Origin: an uncultured Anaerolineales bacterium
GTDB lineage: Bacteria > Chloroflexota > Anaerolineae > Anaerolineales > UBA4823
Length of the DNA: 64,000 bases
Reading direction: 5' to 3'
Assembly (NCBI GenBank): GCA_937928795.1
Contig: CALFWB010000073.1
Coordinates: forward strand, 1,521 to 65,520
Under the pieces are notes generated by a model. The model did not search any database. It was not told the DNA's origin and saw nothing but the letters and a program-made list of their open reading frames with translations. Made by a program: the position numbers and the translations under genes. This document shows positions 1 through 8,846 of the stretch, piece after piece (positions within the stretch are counted from its first letter, which is position 1; every line of letters begins with the position of its first letter).

Positions 1-948
1 GGCTCGAAGGAGCACAATGTGCGCCTGCGCGAGCTTGCCCTCAAACAGGGCTTATCGCTCTCGGAACATGCCCTCACCCGCAAAGACGGTCGTGAAATCC
101 TGTGCAGCACGGAGGAAGAGGTGTATGCCGCTTTAGGCTTGCCGTGCATCCCTCCCGAACTGCGCGAAGACCGCGGCGAGGTGCAAGCGGCTTTGGAAGG
201 CAGGCTGCCGCGCCTGATCGAAGTGAGTGACATTCGCAGCGAACTGCACGCCCATACCAACTGGAGCGATGGCAAACTGACCATTCGGGAACTGGCTGCA
301 GCCGCCCGCAAGCGAGGGTTAGCAGCGGTTGTCATCAGCGACCATTCTGCCAGCCTTGCCATCACCGGCGGCTTGACGGCCGAAGCAGCTCTGCAACAAA
401 GGCAAGAGATCCGCCAAGTCCAAGCGGAATTGGGCGATTCCATCCGTTTGTTGCAAGGCATTGAGGTTGAAATTCGCGCCGACGGCAGTTTGGATTTTCC
501 CGATGAAGTGTTGGCTGGCTTCGATATTGTCACCGCTTCGCTGCACACCAGCTTACGCCAACCGCGCCAGCAAATCACCGAGCGCTTGCTCAATGCCATC
601 CGCAACCCGCATGTCGATGTGATCGGTCATCCCACCGGGCGCATGTTCCCAAACCGCGAGGGGGCCGACTTGGACATGGAAGCCATCTTGAAGGCAGCAA
701 GGGAATACGGCGTAGCGTTGGAGATCAATGCCCATCCCTCGCGCCTGGATTTGGACGACCTCTACGCGCGGCGCTTCGTCGAAATGGGTGGTTTACTGGC
801 GATCAACACCGATGCCCATTCCGAAAACGACCTCGACTTGCTGCACTTCGGTGTCACCATTGCACGCCGCGCTTGGGTACAAGCCGAGGCAGTATTGAAC
901 ACTTGGCAATTGCCGCGCCTGCTGGATTGGCTAGCGGCGCGGCCATAA
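1..948 (+). CDS. polX: DNA polymerase/3'-5' exonuclease PolX, C-terminal PHP domain (5'-truncated by the window edge)
   Basis: The reading frame is open from base 1 (GSKEHNVRLRELA...). PHP phosphoesterase motifs are present: HTNWSDG, ISDHS, GHPTGR, NTDAHS. Confidence 0.85.
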   Translation, partial: GSKEHNVRLRELALKQGLSLSEHALTRKDGREILCSTEEEVYAALGLPCIPPELREDRGEVQAALEGRLPRLIEVSDIRSELHAHTNWSDGKLTIRELAAAARKRGLAAVVISDHSASLAITGGLTAEAALQQRQEIRQVQAELGDSIRLLQGIEVEIRADGSLDFPDEVLAGFDIVTASLHTSLRQPRQQITERLLNAIRNPHVDVIGHPTGRMFPNREGADLDMEAILKAAREYGVALEINAHPSRLDLDDLYARRFVEMGGLLAINTDAHSENDLDLLHFGVTIARRAWVQAEAVLNTWQLPRLLDWLAARP

Positions 949-959
949 CCAATCGCAAT

Positions 960-1628
960 TTACTTTTGCGCGCCAAACAGAGCGGCTAGTTGACCGATTT
1001 GCTGCGTGTGGGCGAGGGCAATCACTTCATCGTAGGGCTCAAAGACCGTATCCCCTTTGGGGATGACCAGTTGATCGTTGCGAAAGATGCCCACGAGCGT
1101 ACAGTCTCTAGGGAACTGGATTTCCTTAACCGCCTTCCCGACCACAAGAGCTTGCGCATCAACCCGCTCTTCGACAATCGAGTATTCGCCGCTGCGCAAG
1201 CGCACCAGAATCATCATGTCCCCAATCGACATCTCCTCCACGATCAATTTCGCCATGATGTCGGTTTGGTCCACCGCAATGTCCACCCCCATTTCTTGGT
1301 TGAACAACCAGGCGTTTTTGGGGTTGTTGACCCGTGCAATGGTGCGGGGCACGTGAAACTCAAAGCGCCCGAGGGTTGTGACGACCAGATTGGCTTCATC
1401 TTCGCCGGTAACCGCCGCCAGCACATCGGCTTCTCGGATGCCGGCTTGTTCGAGGACCGTTGGAGAACTGCCATCGCCGAGGAGGACAACCTCAGGGCTG
1501 ATTTCGCGCAGCAAACGCTCAACAATTTGGGGACGAATTTCGATCAACTTCACCCGATGGCCAAGTTGAAGCAAATGCCCCGCCAGAAACGAACCCGTCT
1601 TCCCGCCGCCAACAACGATCACAAACAT
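960..1628 (-). CDS. TrkA/KtrA-type RCK potassium-transport regulatory protein
   Basis: N-terminal Rossmann motif VVGGGKTG (TrkA-N) plus a C-terminal RCK_C-like half. The ATG at 1628 is preceded by GGAAGGAG. The GTG at 1634 in the ORF track overlaps the upstream stop. Confidence 0.85.
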   Translation of the reverse strand: MFVIVVGGGKTGSFLAGHLLQLGHRVKLIEIRPQIVERLLREISPEVVLLGDGSSPTVLEQAGIREADVLAAVTGEDEANLVVTTLGRFEFHVPRTIARVNNPKNAWLFNQEMGVDIAVDQTDIMAKLIVEEMSIGDMMILVRLRSGEYSIVEERVDAQALVVGKAVKEIQFPRDCTLVGIFRNDQLVIPKGDTVFEPYDEVIALAHTQQIGQLAALFGAQK

Positions 1629-1630
1629 CT

Positions 1631-2290
1631 TCACACTCCTTCCGCATAACCCACCAGGGCTTTCAAACGCTCTAGTGCCGAAGTGAGCACAGCGATATAG
1701 ATCAAATCCCCGCTGCGGATCATTGTGCCTAGCAGAGGCAAAATTGCCTGCCCCTGACGAGCGATTGTAATGACCTGAATCTCTCCGGGCACGGTCAGAT
1801 CGCGCACTTGTTTCCCTTCTAGGATCGGAGAGGCTTCGAGATTGACCAACGCCACCTCCCCACCGCCAAAGGTCATGATCGGTTCCAGCTCTTGGTAGGT
1901 CAATAATTCCCGCACCCGTTCCACTCCTAGAGCCGTGGAGGAGAAGGTCAACAAACCCAGGCGGCGATAAATCTCGGCGCGGCGCGGATCATAGAGGCTA
2001 GCGACCACTTTGGGTACGCGGAAGATATTGCGGGCAATGCGCGCCGCCACGATATTGGCATTATCGGAGTTGCTGGTGGCAGCAAAGGCTTCCGCGCGTT
2101 CGATCCCGGCTTGGATCAGAATTTGACGGTCAAAGCCCACGCCGACGATCACTTTGCCCCTAAATCCTTCTTTCATCTTCTCTAAGGCGGTTTCATCGGT
2201 ATCCACAATCGTAACCTCGTGTCCTTCGGCATCCATCAGGCGGGCAAATTGTTCACCCACCCGACCGCATCCCATGACAATAATTTTCAT
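1631..2290 (-). CDS. TrkA/KtrA-type RCK potassium-transport regulatory protein
   Basis: Starts MKIIVMGCGRVGEQ (dinucleotide-binding motif). I trimmed 86 codons from the ORF-track N-terminus. The ATG at 2290 has GAGGAGG 6 nt upstream, and the extension would overlap the ATPase gene. Confidence 0.85.
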   Translation of the reverse strand: MKIIVMGCGRVGEQFARLMDAEGHEVTIVDTDETALEKMKEGFRGKVIVGVGFDRQILIQAGIERAEAFAATSNSDNANIVAARIARNIFRVPKVVASLYDPRRAEIYRRLGLLTFSSTALGVERVRELLTYQELEPIMTFGGGEVALVNLEASPILEGKQVRDLTVPGEIQVITIARQGQAILPLLGTMIRSGDLIYIAVLTSALERLKALVGYAEGV

Positions 2291-2301
2291 CTCAATCCTC
2301 C

Positions 2302-5133
2302 TCAGATGGACAAATGATTCGCCGGGCTTTCCCGACTGGTCTTCAACCAATGGAAAAAGTGGATCAGTTGTTTGCGCACCCGATCCAAGCCATAAAGCAG
2401 TGGACCAAATAATATTAAGGGGAACCAGTTCTCTAATGGCAAAGCGATGTGATCGAACATTTCCGCCAGCGGTGGCACATAAATCAAAATTAATATTAAC
2501 GCAATTTCGCCTAAAATCCCCCACCAAATAAGCGGATTGGAGAACCAACCGATTTCACTGACGCGCAGCCGTTCCGAACGACAAGCGAGCACATTACCCA
2601 CCTGAGCCATCACCACCCCGGCGTGAAACATTGTCACTGCCAGCACATGCACGTGCGGCGGCACGGCATGAAGCAAAGCCGCAAGGTCGGTTGTGGAAGC
2701 CAAAAATTGGTCTAAGCGGATGTCATACGCCCGCGCGTAGACGTAGAAAAAGCCCAAATAACACAAAGCCGCTTCGATCACCCCCAGCCAAGCAAATGAT
2801 CGCATCAACAGGCGGCGGTCGATCAGCGGCTGACCGCGCTTTCTGGGCGGGCGCGTCATAATATCGGGTTCCGGCCTTTCCGCACCCAATGCCAAAGCCG
2901 GCAAGAGGTCGGTGCCCAAGTCAATTGCCAGAATTTGGCGCACGGTTAAAGCCAAAGGGATTTGGGCAATCGCCGAAAGCACAAAAGGCACCAATTCGGG
3001 CACATTGCTGGTGAAAATATAGGTGATGAACTTGCGGATATTGTCGTAAATCGCCCGCCCCTCTCGAATGGCATCCACAATGGTGCTGAAATTATCTTGG
3101 GTCAAAATGACATCGGCGGCTTCGCGGGCGACATCGGTGCCAATAATGCCCATCGCCACCCCGACATCGGCTTTGCGCAAGGCTGGGGTATCATTGACGC
3201 CATCCCCCGTTACGGCAACCACTTCGCCTTTGGCTTGCAACGCAGCCACCAAACGCAACTTGTGATCCGGCGCCATGCGGGCGAAAATGACCTCTTTCTC
3301 CAAGAGGTTCTGTAATTGCACCTCGTTCATCTCTTCAAACTCAACCCCGCTGATAATGATCGGATTGGGCGTCCGCAGCATCCCGATCCGCCGTGCAATG
3401 CTCTCGGCGGTCAAGCCGTAATCGCCGGTGACCATGATGATGCGGATGCCAGCTTCTCGGCAAATTTGCACCGATCGGGCGACTTCGGGACGTGGCGGGT
3501 CGTGCATTGCCATCAAGCCCAGAAAGGTCAAGTCCTGCTCCACGCTTTGCTCGGCATAACTGCTGCGCGGCGGCAGGTAACGATAAGCAAAAGCCAACAC
3601 GCGCAAGGCATTGCGGGCGTAGTCATCATTGGCGGCTAGGATTTGCGTCCGCATCTCTTCTTCGAGGGGCAACGCCGCATCCCCGCACTGCCAGGAACGA
3701 CAAAGTTGTAACACCTCGCGCGGGGCGCCCTTCACAAAGGCGATTTCTTCCTTGCCCCAGCGGTGGATGGTGGTCATCCGTTTGCGGCGCGCCTCGAAAG
3801 GGATCTCATGCAAACGCGGATAACTTCGCAAGGCAGCTTCTTCAGAGATGCCGCCTTTGCGGGCTGCTACCCGTAAGGCCGCCTCGGTCGTGTCGCCTAG
3901 GGCAGACCAAAGCGGGTGGTCGGTGCTTGGCGGGATCAAGCGCGCATTATTGCAGAGCGTTGCAGCCGTGAGTAGAAGATTCAAGCTGGATTGCAAGCCT
4001 AACGTATGCGGGGGAGGGGTAAACTCACCCTGCGGCTCATAGCCGATCCCACTCACACTGAGCCGCTCTCCGCTCACCCAAACTTCTCGCACGGTCATTT
4101 GATTCTGGGTGAGCGTGCCGCTCTTATCGGTGCAGATGACCGAGATATTGCCCAGCGTTTCGACCGTTGCCAGCTTTTTGACCAAAACGCCCTGCTGAGC
4201 CAACCTTTGCACGGCCATCGCTAAGGAAAGCGACAAGGTGGCCGGCAAGCCCTCCGGCACAACCGCTACCAGAATGCCCAAGGCAAAAACGAAGGCTTGG
4301 AAAATACGGTTTTCCGCATCAAACAATTGGACTTGCGGATCAAAAGCACCAACTGCGAAGACGAGCCCGCCGATCAGCAAACCGATCAACGATAAGCGGC
4401 GGGTAAGACGGATAATCTCTTTCTGAAGTGCCGAAGGTTCTTCTTCCACTGTGCCGCTAAGATAGGCAATGCGCCCAAATTGGGTCAACATGCCGGTAGC
4501 GTAGACAACCGCTTTTGCCGTTCCGCTGAACACCGAAGTGCCGGCGAAAATCAGGTTGGGCCTTTCTAGCTCACTGATGCCTTCCCGCAGAGATGCATCG
4601 GCTGTTTTGCGGACCGGCATGGCTTCGCCAGTCAGGGTGGCTTGGTTGACGCGTAAGCCGTACTCCTGCACCACGCGCGCATCGGCTGGAATATTATCAC
4701 CTTCGGCAAGCACCAGAATATCGCCCGGCACGATTTCGGGCGTGGGTACCAAGATTTCCTGACCCTCACGCAGAACGCGGCTGAAAGAGGGAAGGAGTTT
4801 TCTTAGCCCTTCTACAGCGATGTCAGCGCGATATTCGCGCCAATAAGAGAAGGCCGCATTGACGAGAATGACCGACCAAATCACCAATGCTAGGCTGAGC
4901 TCGCCGACAATCAAAGCCAATACGCCAGCAATCCACAAAAGGACTGCCATCGGATGAAGGGTGTGAACCAGCAGTTTGCTCCACCACGGCGGTGGAGTTG
5001 GTTCTCGGATCAGGTTCTTGCCATAAAGCGAAAGGCGCTCGGCTGCCTGCTCCACCGTTAGCCCCTGCGGAGAGGTTTCCAGAGCGCCATAGACCTCGGT
5101 GGCGCGTAAGCGATAAATCGGTTGGGAGATCAT
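2302..5133 (-). CDS. cation-translocating P-type ATPase (type II-like, Ca2+/Mg2+/Na+ class)
   Basis: DKSGTLT phosphorylation motif, LTGEA actuator motif, TGDGVNDTPALRKADVGVAMG hinge motif, about 10 TM segments, 943 aa. Confidence 0.9.
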   Translation of the reverse strand: MISQPIYRLRATEVYGALETSPQGLTVEQAAERLSLYGKNLIREPTPPPWWSKLLVHTLHPMAVLLWIAGVLALIVGELSLALVIWSVILVNAAFSYWREYRADIAVEGLRKLLPSFSRVLREGQEILVPTPEIVPGDILVLAEGDNIPADARVVQEYGLRVNQATLTGEAMPVRKTADASLREGISELERPNLIFAGTSVFSGTAKAVVYATGMLTQFGRIAYLSGTVEEEPSALQKEIIRLTRRLSLIGLLIGGLVFAVGAFDPQVQLFDAENRIFQAFVFALGILVAVVPEGLPATLSLSLAMAVQRLAQQGVLVKKLATVETLGNISVICTDKSGTLTQNQMTVREVWVSGERLSVSGIGYEPQGEFTPPPHTLGLQSSLNLLLTAATLCNNARLIPPSTDHPLWSALGDTTEAALRVAARKGGISEEAALRSYPRLHEIPFEARRKRMTTIHRWGKEEIAFVKGAPREVLQLCRSWQCGDAALPLEEEMRTQILAANDDYARNALRVLAFAYRYLPPRSSYAEQSVEQDLTFLGLMAMHDPPRPEVARSVQICREAGIRIIMVTGDYGLTAESIARRIGMLRTPNPIIISGVEFEEMNEVQLQNLLEKEVIFARMAPDHKLRLVAALQAKGEVVAVTGDGVNDTPALRKADVGVAMGIIGTDVAREAADVILTQDNFSTIVDAIREGRAIYDNIRKFITYIFTSNVPELVPFVLSAIAQIPLALTVRQILAIDLGTDLLPALALGAERPEPDIMTRPPRKRGQPLIDRRLLMRSFAWLGVIEAALCYLGFFYVYARAYDIRLDQFLASTTDLAALLHAVPPHVHVLAVTMFHAGVVMAQVGNVLACRSERLRVSEIGWFSNPLIWWGILGEIALILILIYVPPLAEMFDHIALPLENWFPLILFGPLLYGLDRVRKQLIHFFHWLKTSRESPANHLSI

Positions 5134-6944
5134 GCGGGAGGATTTGCGGACGGTTCTTCCTTCACTTGAGCGGCTTGACTTTGATCTTGGTTATTGTTCA
5201 AGTAAGGTTCCAAGTAAGAATGATGGGTGTGGCCGACTTCAATCGCCTCATCGAATTCACCGGCGATCACCGGTGGCTCAAAGCGCAAAGGACGGCGCAC
5301 GCCGAACCATTCCCAAAACCGAGTAATGGCGACCAGTAGCTTATACCGATATTCCTGCACTTTGAGCGATTGCCACTCGACAATCGCCCCCATCGGTCCC
5401 TCAACGCGCGATTTGACGCGCACAATGCGGTAAATTTGATCGGGATCGCGATAGCCAACCGGTGAAATCAAAATTGCATGAGCCATCAGAATCAACACAA
5501 TGAGTGAGATCAGCACCACCCAACCACCTTCTTCCCACTTTCCAACCACCTGTCCGATTAGGACGGTGACCGATAGAAAGATCGAAAAGTTTGTCCCAAT
5601 TAGACCCCATTGTCGCTTACGACCGCTGAAATTCTCAAGGACATGACGGCGCATGGCAAGCCCCATCGCTGTTATCGGTAAGAAAACTCCAATGCCATAG
5701 AAAGGTACCGCAACCGTCGTCCTTCCCCGTACTAGCAATTGAATGACAATCGCCGCAATAGCCGCTGCAGTAACCGGGCGGGTGAAGGTGCCTTTAGGAT
5801 TGCGATAGACAACAATTTCGGGGATCTCACCGATGGCAACGTTGCGCCACGTGATCGCTTGTAAATCCTGGTAGGCGGTCATCGAAGCCGCAGAAAGCAA
5901 GGCAACAGCCAGAAATTGATAAAACCAATACAAAATAATCCCCCCTGGAAATTGATCAAAACCAATATAGGCCAGATTGCCCACCAGCGTTCGCCCGAAG
6001 GTGCCATCAAAAACTTGAAATCGCAAGGAAAAAATCGTCAGAATCAGGGTCGTCAGCCCTCCATAAAACAGAAAAGCGGTTTGCACCGTGCGCCCAATCC
6101 CCGATTTGCCGCTGTAAAAATTCCACAGCCAGTTCAGACGAGGGAGATGTTTCTTTCCCCACTTGATCAAGGCATAATCTTCATCGATCACAAATTGCAC
6201 TCCATCTGCCATGGCCTCCAAACCCGTCAATGCAACCATTCCCTTCATGCTTGCCGTTAGCATGTGATACAAGGCTTGCCCTAAAGTGGTAGGCAAAGGC
6301 GGTTCACCCGGCGCAGGCGGAAGCCCGCGCAGATGAGCTAAGATTAAGCCGACAAACATCGTCAAGGTCAGTCCGGCAAACAGCCCCAGTAAAGTGAAGA
6401 CCACCTGCGCCGATTCACCTCGGCCGCGAATGGTCAAAAACCAAGTGACCGAAGCTAACGCAGCGCCAATGAGAAAATGCCAAATCCAATTGACGTAATA
6501 GGCGCCCATGATCGATAGCAGTTGATCGCTACCGGAAAGCGTAGAGACCACAATGGTCAGGACATAATCCTGAACCAACACGACCGCAACGATCAGGCTT
6601 AGCGAAGGCCCAAGGTAGCGCATCGAAGCGGTAAACGAACCTCCCCCTTCCTTGAATGCCCCCAAGAAGAACATGTAGAGGGCTCCAAAAACAAAGTTTG
6701 CCAATGCAATCAAGGCAACCGCAAAGTAAGCATATCTTTCTAAACCGTACGGATGCAGGGCGCTCATCATCTCGCCGGTGGCGTAATAGTACGAGGTGAA
6801 ATAATCGACGCCAAAAAGCGCTAGCGCAGCCAACATCCCCACTTGGCCGGCGCCATGCACCAAGGCATCCTCTTGGCGCTCGCGCGGGGCAAAGCGATAA
6901 GAGACAAAGAAAATGACAATTAACAAACCAATGGCAAACAACAT
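5130..6944 (-). CDS. polytopic membrane protein, APC-superfamily-like permease with a C-terminal soluble domain
   Basis: About 12 or more hydrophobic helices followed by a roughly 110-aa hydrophilic tail. It overlaps the ATPase start by 4 nt. The function call is by context only. Confidence 0.5.
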   Translation of the reverse strand: MLFAIGLLIVIFFVSYRFAPRERQEDALVHGAGQVGMLAALALFGVDYFTSYYYATGEMMSALHPYGLERYAYFAVALIALANFVFGALYMFFLGAFKEGGGSFTASMRYLGPSLSLIVAVVLVQDYVLTIVVSTLSGSDQLLSIMGAYYVNWIWHFLIGAALASVTWFLTIRGRGESAQVVFTLLGLFAGLTLTMFVGLILAHLRGLPPAPGEPPLPTTLGQALYHMLTASMKGMVALTGLEAMADGVQFVIDEDYALIKWGKKHLPRLNWLWNFYSGKSGIGRTVQTAFLFYGGLTTLILTIFSLRFQVFDGTFGRTLVGNLAYIGFDQFPGGIILYWFYQFLAVALLSAASMTAYQDLQAITWRNVAIGEIPEIVVYRNPKGTFTRPVTAAAIAAIVIQLLVRGRTTVAVPFYGIGVFLPITAMGLAMRRHVLENFSGRKRQWGLIGTNFSIFLSVTVLIGQVVGKWEEGGWVVLISLIVLILMAHAILISPVGYRDPDQIYRIVRVKSRVEGPMGAIVEWQSLKVQEYRYKLLVAITRFWEWFGVRRPLRFEPPVIAGEFDEAIEVGHTHHSYLEPYLNNNQDQSQAAQVKEEPSANPPA

Positions 6945-6973
6945 ATCAGCCTCGAATGGGATTGATTAGAGTT

Positions 6974-8128
6974 TTATGGACTTTGGAGGGAAAAGTTCAG
7001 GAAGGCTTGTTCAAGCAGCTTGAGCTGCTTGAGGATGTATTTACGGGTGGTGGCACTCAGGCGCGTGTCTTGGGCAACTTTAACTTCCTCTTCGCGCACC
7101 GCCCGCACCACAAAGGCCGGAACAAACATGATGCGTCCGGCCGGAATAACAACGAAAGGATAAATTTTCATGGTCAGGTCTTGATCGTCAAAGTAGGGCA
7201 AGCGGATCGTCAGACCGCGGTTGAGGTTTTGGGCGCGCGCCCGCCTCTTGATCGTTTCGATGATTTGCCGCGTCTGATAGACCGCCAAAGCGCGCCCTTG
7301 GTTGACCAGTTGTCCCAACATGCCATAACGTTTTTGTTGATAAATCTCGTCAGAAATCAAGCAGGGTGAGAAGGCAACCGCATAGTGGAGCAGACGTAGA
7401 TAGCGTTGCATCGAGGCAATGTGCGACTCGGCTTCTTGCACGTTCGAGAGCAGAAGATCGCCGTTCTCGTCAAAAGCGACCCATTGCGGCAAAAAGAAAC
7501 GGCGCGCATAAGGGACAAACGGAACGAGCAGTTCCCCGCGCTCTTGATCCTCAACCTTTTCTTCAGCAATAGCATCCGTGGTGGCGGTCAAAGCCGATTC
7601 GATCTGCTCCTCTTCGGCTGGGATACAGGGAATACTTTCTCCCTCTTCGGTAAGGTAACGAACTGAACGGCCAGCCGGAAGCAAGTTATAGACGATATGC
7701 ACAGCCGTGGCATGGCGTAACAAATGGGCTGCTTCTCGCACGGCTTGGTTTTCGCTTTGCTCTAGTTCCGTCAAACGTTGCTTGGCTAAAAGGCGCAGCT
7801 CCTTGCGGCGCAGACGGTTTGCCCACCCGCCTACTTGATATTCGCGTTGCTCTGGGGGGATAGTCAGCGTTTGAAAGCCGTCCCCTGGGGAGGGCACAAC
7901 CAGCCGATCCGGCAGGGTAAAGCGCACTTCGGCTGCATTGGCGATAATCGCATCAGCCAATTGCCCAGCTTGGGCTTCGATAAAACGCTGCACCAACAAC
8001 GGTTGAGCGGCAAACAGTTGGCGAATTTCATCCAACTCGCACTGCAGCGGTTCGGTCAGCTCCGCAGGTGGCTGGAGAAGACTTCCTGCTTCTTGGATCA
8101 AGAGGGATTTAGCTGTTTCAGGCATCAT
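6974..8128 (-). CDS. hypothetical soluble protein (384 aa), first gene of the cation operon
   Basis: Long ORF with coding-like composition and no motif I recognise. It ends 29 nt upstream of the next gene. Confidence 0.6.
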   Translation of the reverse strand: MMPETAKSLLIQEAGSLLQPPAELTEPLQCELDEIRQLFAAQPLLVQRFIEAQAGQLADAIIANAAEVRFTLPDRLVVPSPGDGFQTLTIPPEQREYQVGGWANRLRRKELRLLAKQRLTELEQSENQAVREAAHLLRHATAVHIVYNLLPAGRSVRYLTEEGESIPCIPAEEEQIESALTATTDAIAEEKVEDQERGELLVPFVPYARRFFLPQWVAFDENGDLLLSNVQEAESHIASMQRYLRLLHYAVAFSPCLISDEIYQQKRYGMLGQLVNQGRALAVYQTRQIIETIKRRARAQNLNRGLTIRLPYFDDQDLTMKIYPFVVIPAGRIMFVPAFVVRAVREEEVKVAQDTRLSATTRKYILKQLKLLEQAFLNFSLQSP

Positions 8129-8297
8129 CGATCCTTCGGGGGTAAAAACTAACTTGTAATTTTACCATAAATTCGTAACGTACACTCGTTTATCTCCGAA
8201 GCCCGAAGCGAATAGGGCTTTTCAAAAATTAAGTGAGGCTCTTTTCGGAACAGCAAGCTCCGCTTTCGAGTGAAGCGAGCAACGTGTCACTTCAAGC

Positions 8298-8375
8298 GTG
8301 TGCACTCAAAAGTGGTTGGCAACATTGCTTTGTAGGACAACTCAATGAGTTGTCCTACAACTTTTGCGTGGACAC
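8298..8375 (+). repeat. 78-bp MITE-like palindromic element, copy 1
   Basis: GTGTGCACTCAAAAG...TTGTAGGACAACTCA-A-TGAGTTGTCCTACAA...GCGTGGACAC. Near-identical copies lie at 17063-17140, 39847-39924 and, inverted, at 52442-52519. Confidence 0.85.
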
Positions 8376-8396
8376 CTTCAAGCGACATACCTGCGT

Positions 8397-8474
8397 GTGT
8401 CACTTCGAGCGAAGCGAGAAGTCAATCATACTAGTCTTCACAAGATTTCTCCTTGCTCCGTTCGTCGAAATGAC
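8397..8474. repeat. palindromic dispersed element, GTCAYTTCGA family
   Basis: GTCACTTCGAGCGAAGCGAGAAG ... AGATTTCTCCTTGCTCCGTTCGTCGAAATGAC form inverted arms. Related copies lie at 41811-41871 and 48636-48850, with a fragment near 15745-15790. Confidence 0.55.
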
Positions 8475-8749
8475 AAAAACTGAATTCAAAAATAAGAATT
8501 TTGAAAAGCCCTCCGAAGCGAAATCACAGCAATTCTAACTTTAGACCTGAAAACGTTGGCTTCAGGCATCCGATATGGGAAACTCATGCCAAGATAGCTT
8601 AAATCTCACCTGTGCAAGCCATAAACAGGCTGAAGCCGATGTCACGAATATCTGCTGGCGTCACAGCGTCACGTCGGGCTAGGGCTTTCTTTTTAATCCC
8701 TTTCTTGCGGGATCAGACTGTTGGGAAGGTGCCCTTACCGCTGGGAGGT

Positions 8750-8789
8750 TCTCCCGTCGCCCTTTGGGAGAAGGGTTGAGGATGAGGGA
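8750..8789. repeat. GGGAGA(A/G)GGG + GAGG(A/G)TGAGGG dispersed repeat unit
   Basis: TCTCCCGTCGCCCTTTGGGAGAAGGGTTGAGGATGAGGG. Same family as 17260-17294, 30381-30503, 36518-36752 and 39172-39297. Confidence 0.5.
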
Positions 8790-8846
8790 AAAGCCCCGAC
8801 GCTACGTAGCGCTCTCATGTCAAACGAGCGGTTATAATTAACCCAG

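Larger units (their letters stand above)
8215..8511. repeat. composite repeat block bracketed by inverted GGGCTTTTCAAAAATT / AATTTTGAAAAGCCC
   Basis: Arms at 8215-8230 and 8497-8511 are reverse complements apart from one T. The interior holds a MITE-like copy and a GTCAYTTCGA palindromic element. A third GAAAAGCCC copy lies at 17365-17383. Confidence 0.5.

Noticed and set aside
990-1649. 219-aa plus-strand ORF, one of many 60-160-aa ORFs antisense to large genes (for example 2962-3315, 3492-3971, 28816-29313, 38195-38797, 61099-61548).
   Set aside because: These ORFs lie entirely inside well-supported genes on the opposite strand. Their products are Arg/Ala/Pro-rich low-complexity sequence typical of antisense frames in GC-rich DNA, and they lack SD sequences.
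1631-2548. The 305-aa version of the first TrkA ORF, with an 86-residue N-terminal extension.
   Set aside because: The extension overlaps the P-type ATPase coding region. The canonical TrkA-N Rossmann start (MKIIVMGCGRVG) has a strong SD at the internal ATG at 2290.
8233-8538. 101-aa ORF in the repeat hub, plus the similar ORFs 16983-17195 and 52472-52681 and the N-terminus of 37357-39894.
   Set aside because: Their sequences (..GQLNELSYNFCVD.., MSxPTKQCCQQ..) are translations of the 78-bp MITE-like repeat in different frames. The recurrence reflects DNA repeats, not a protein family.
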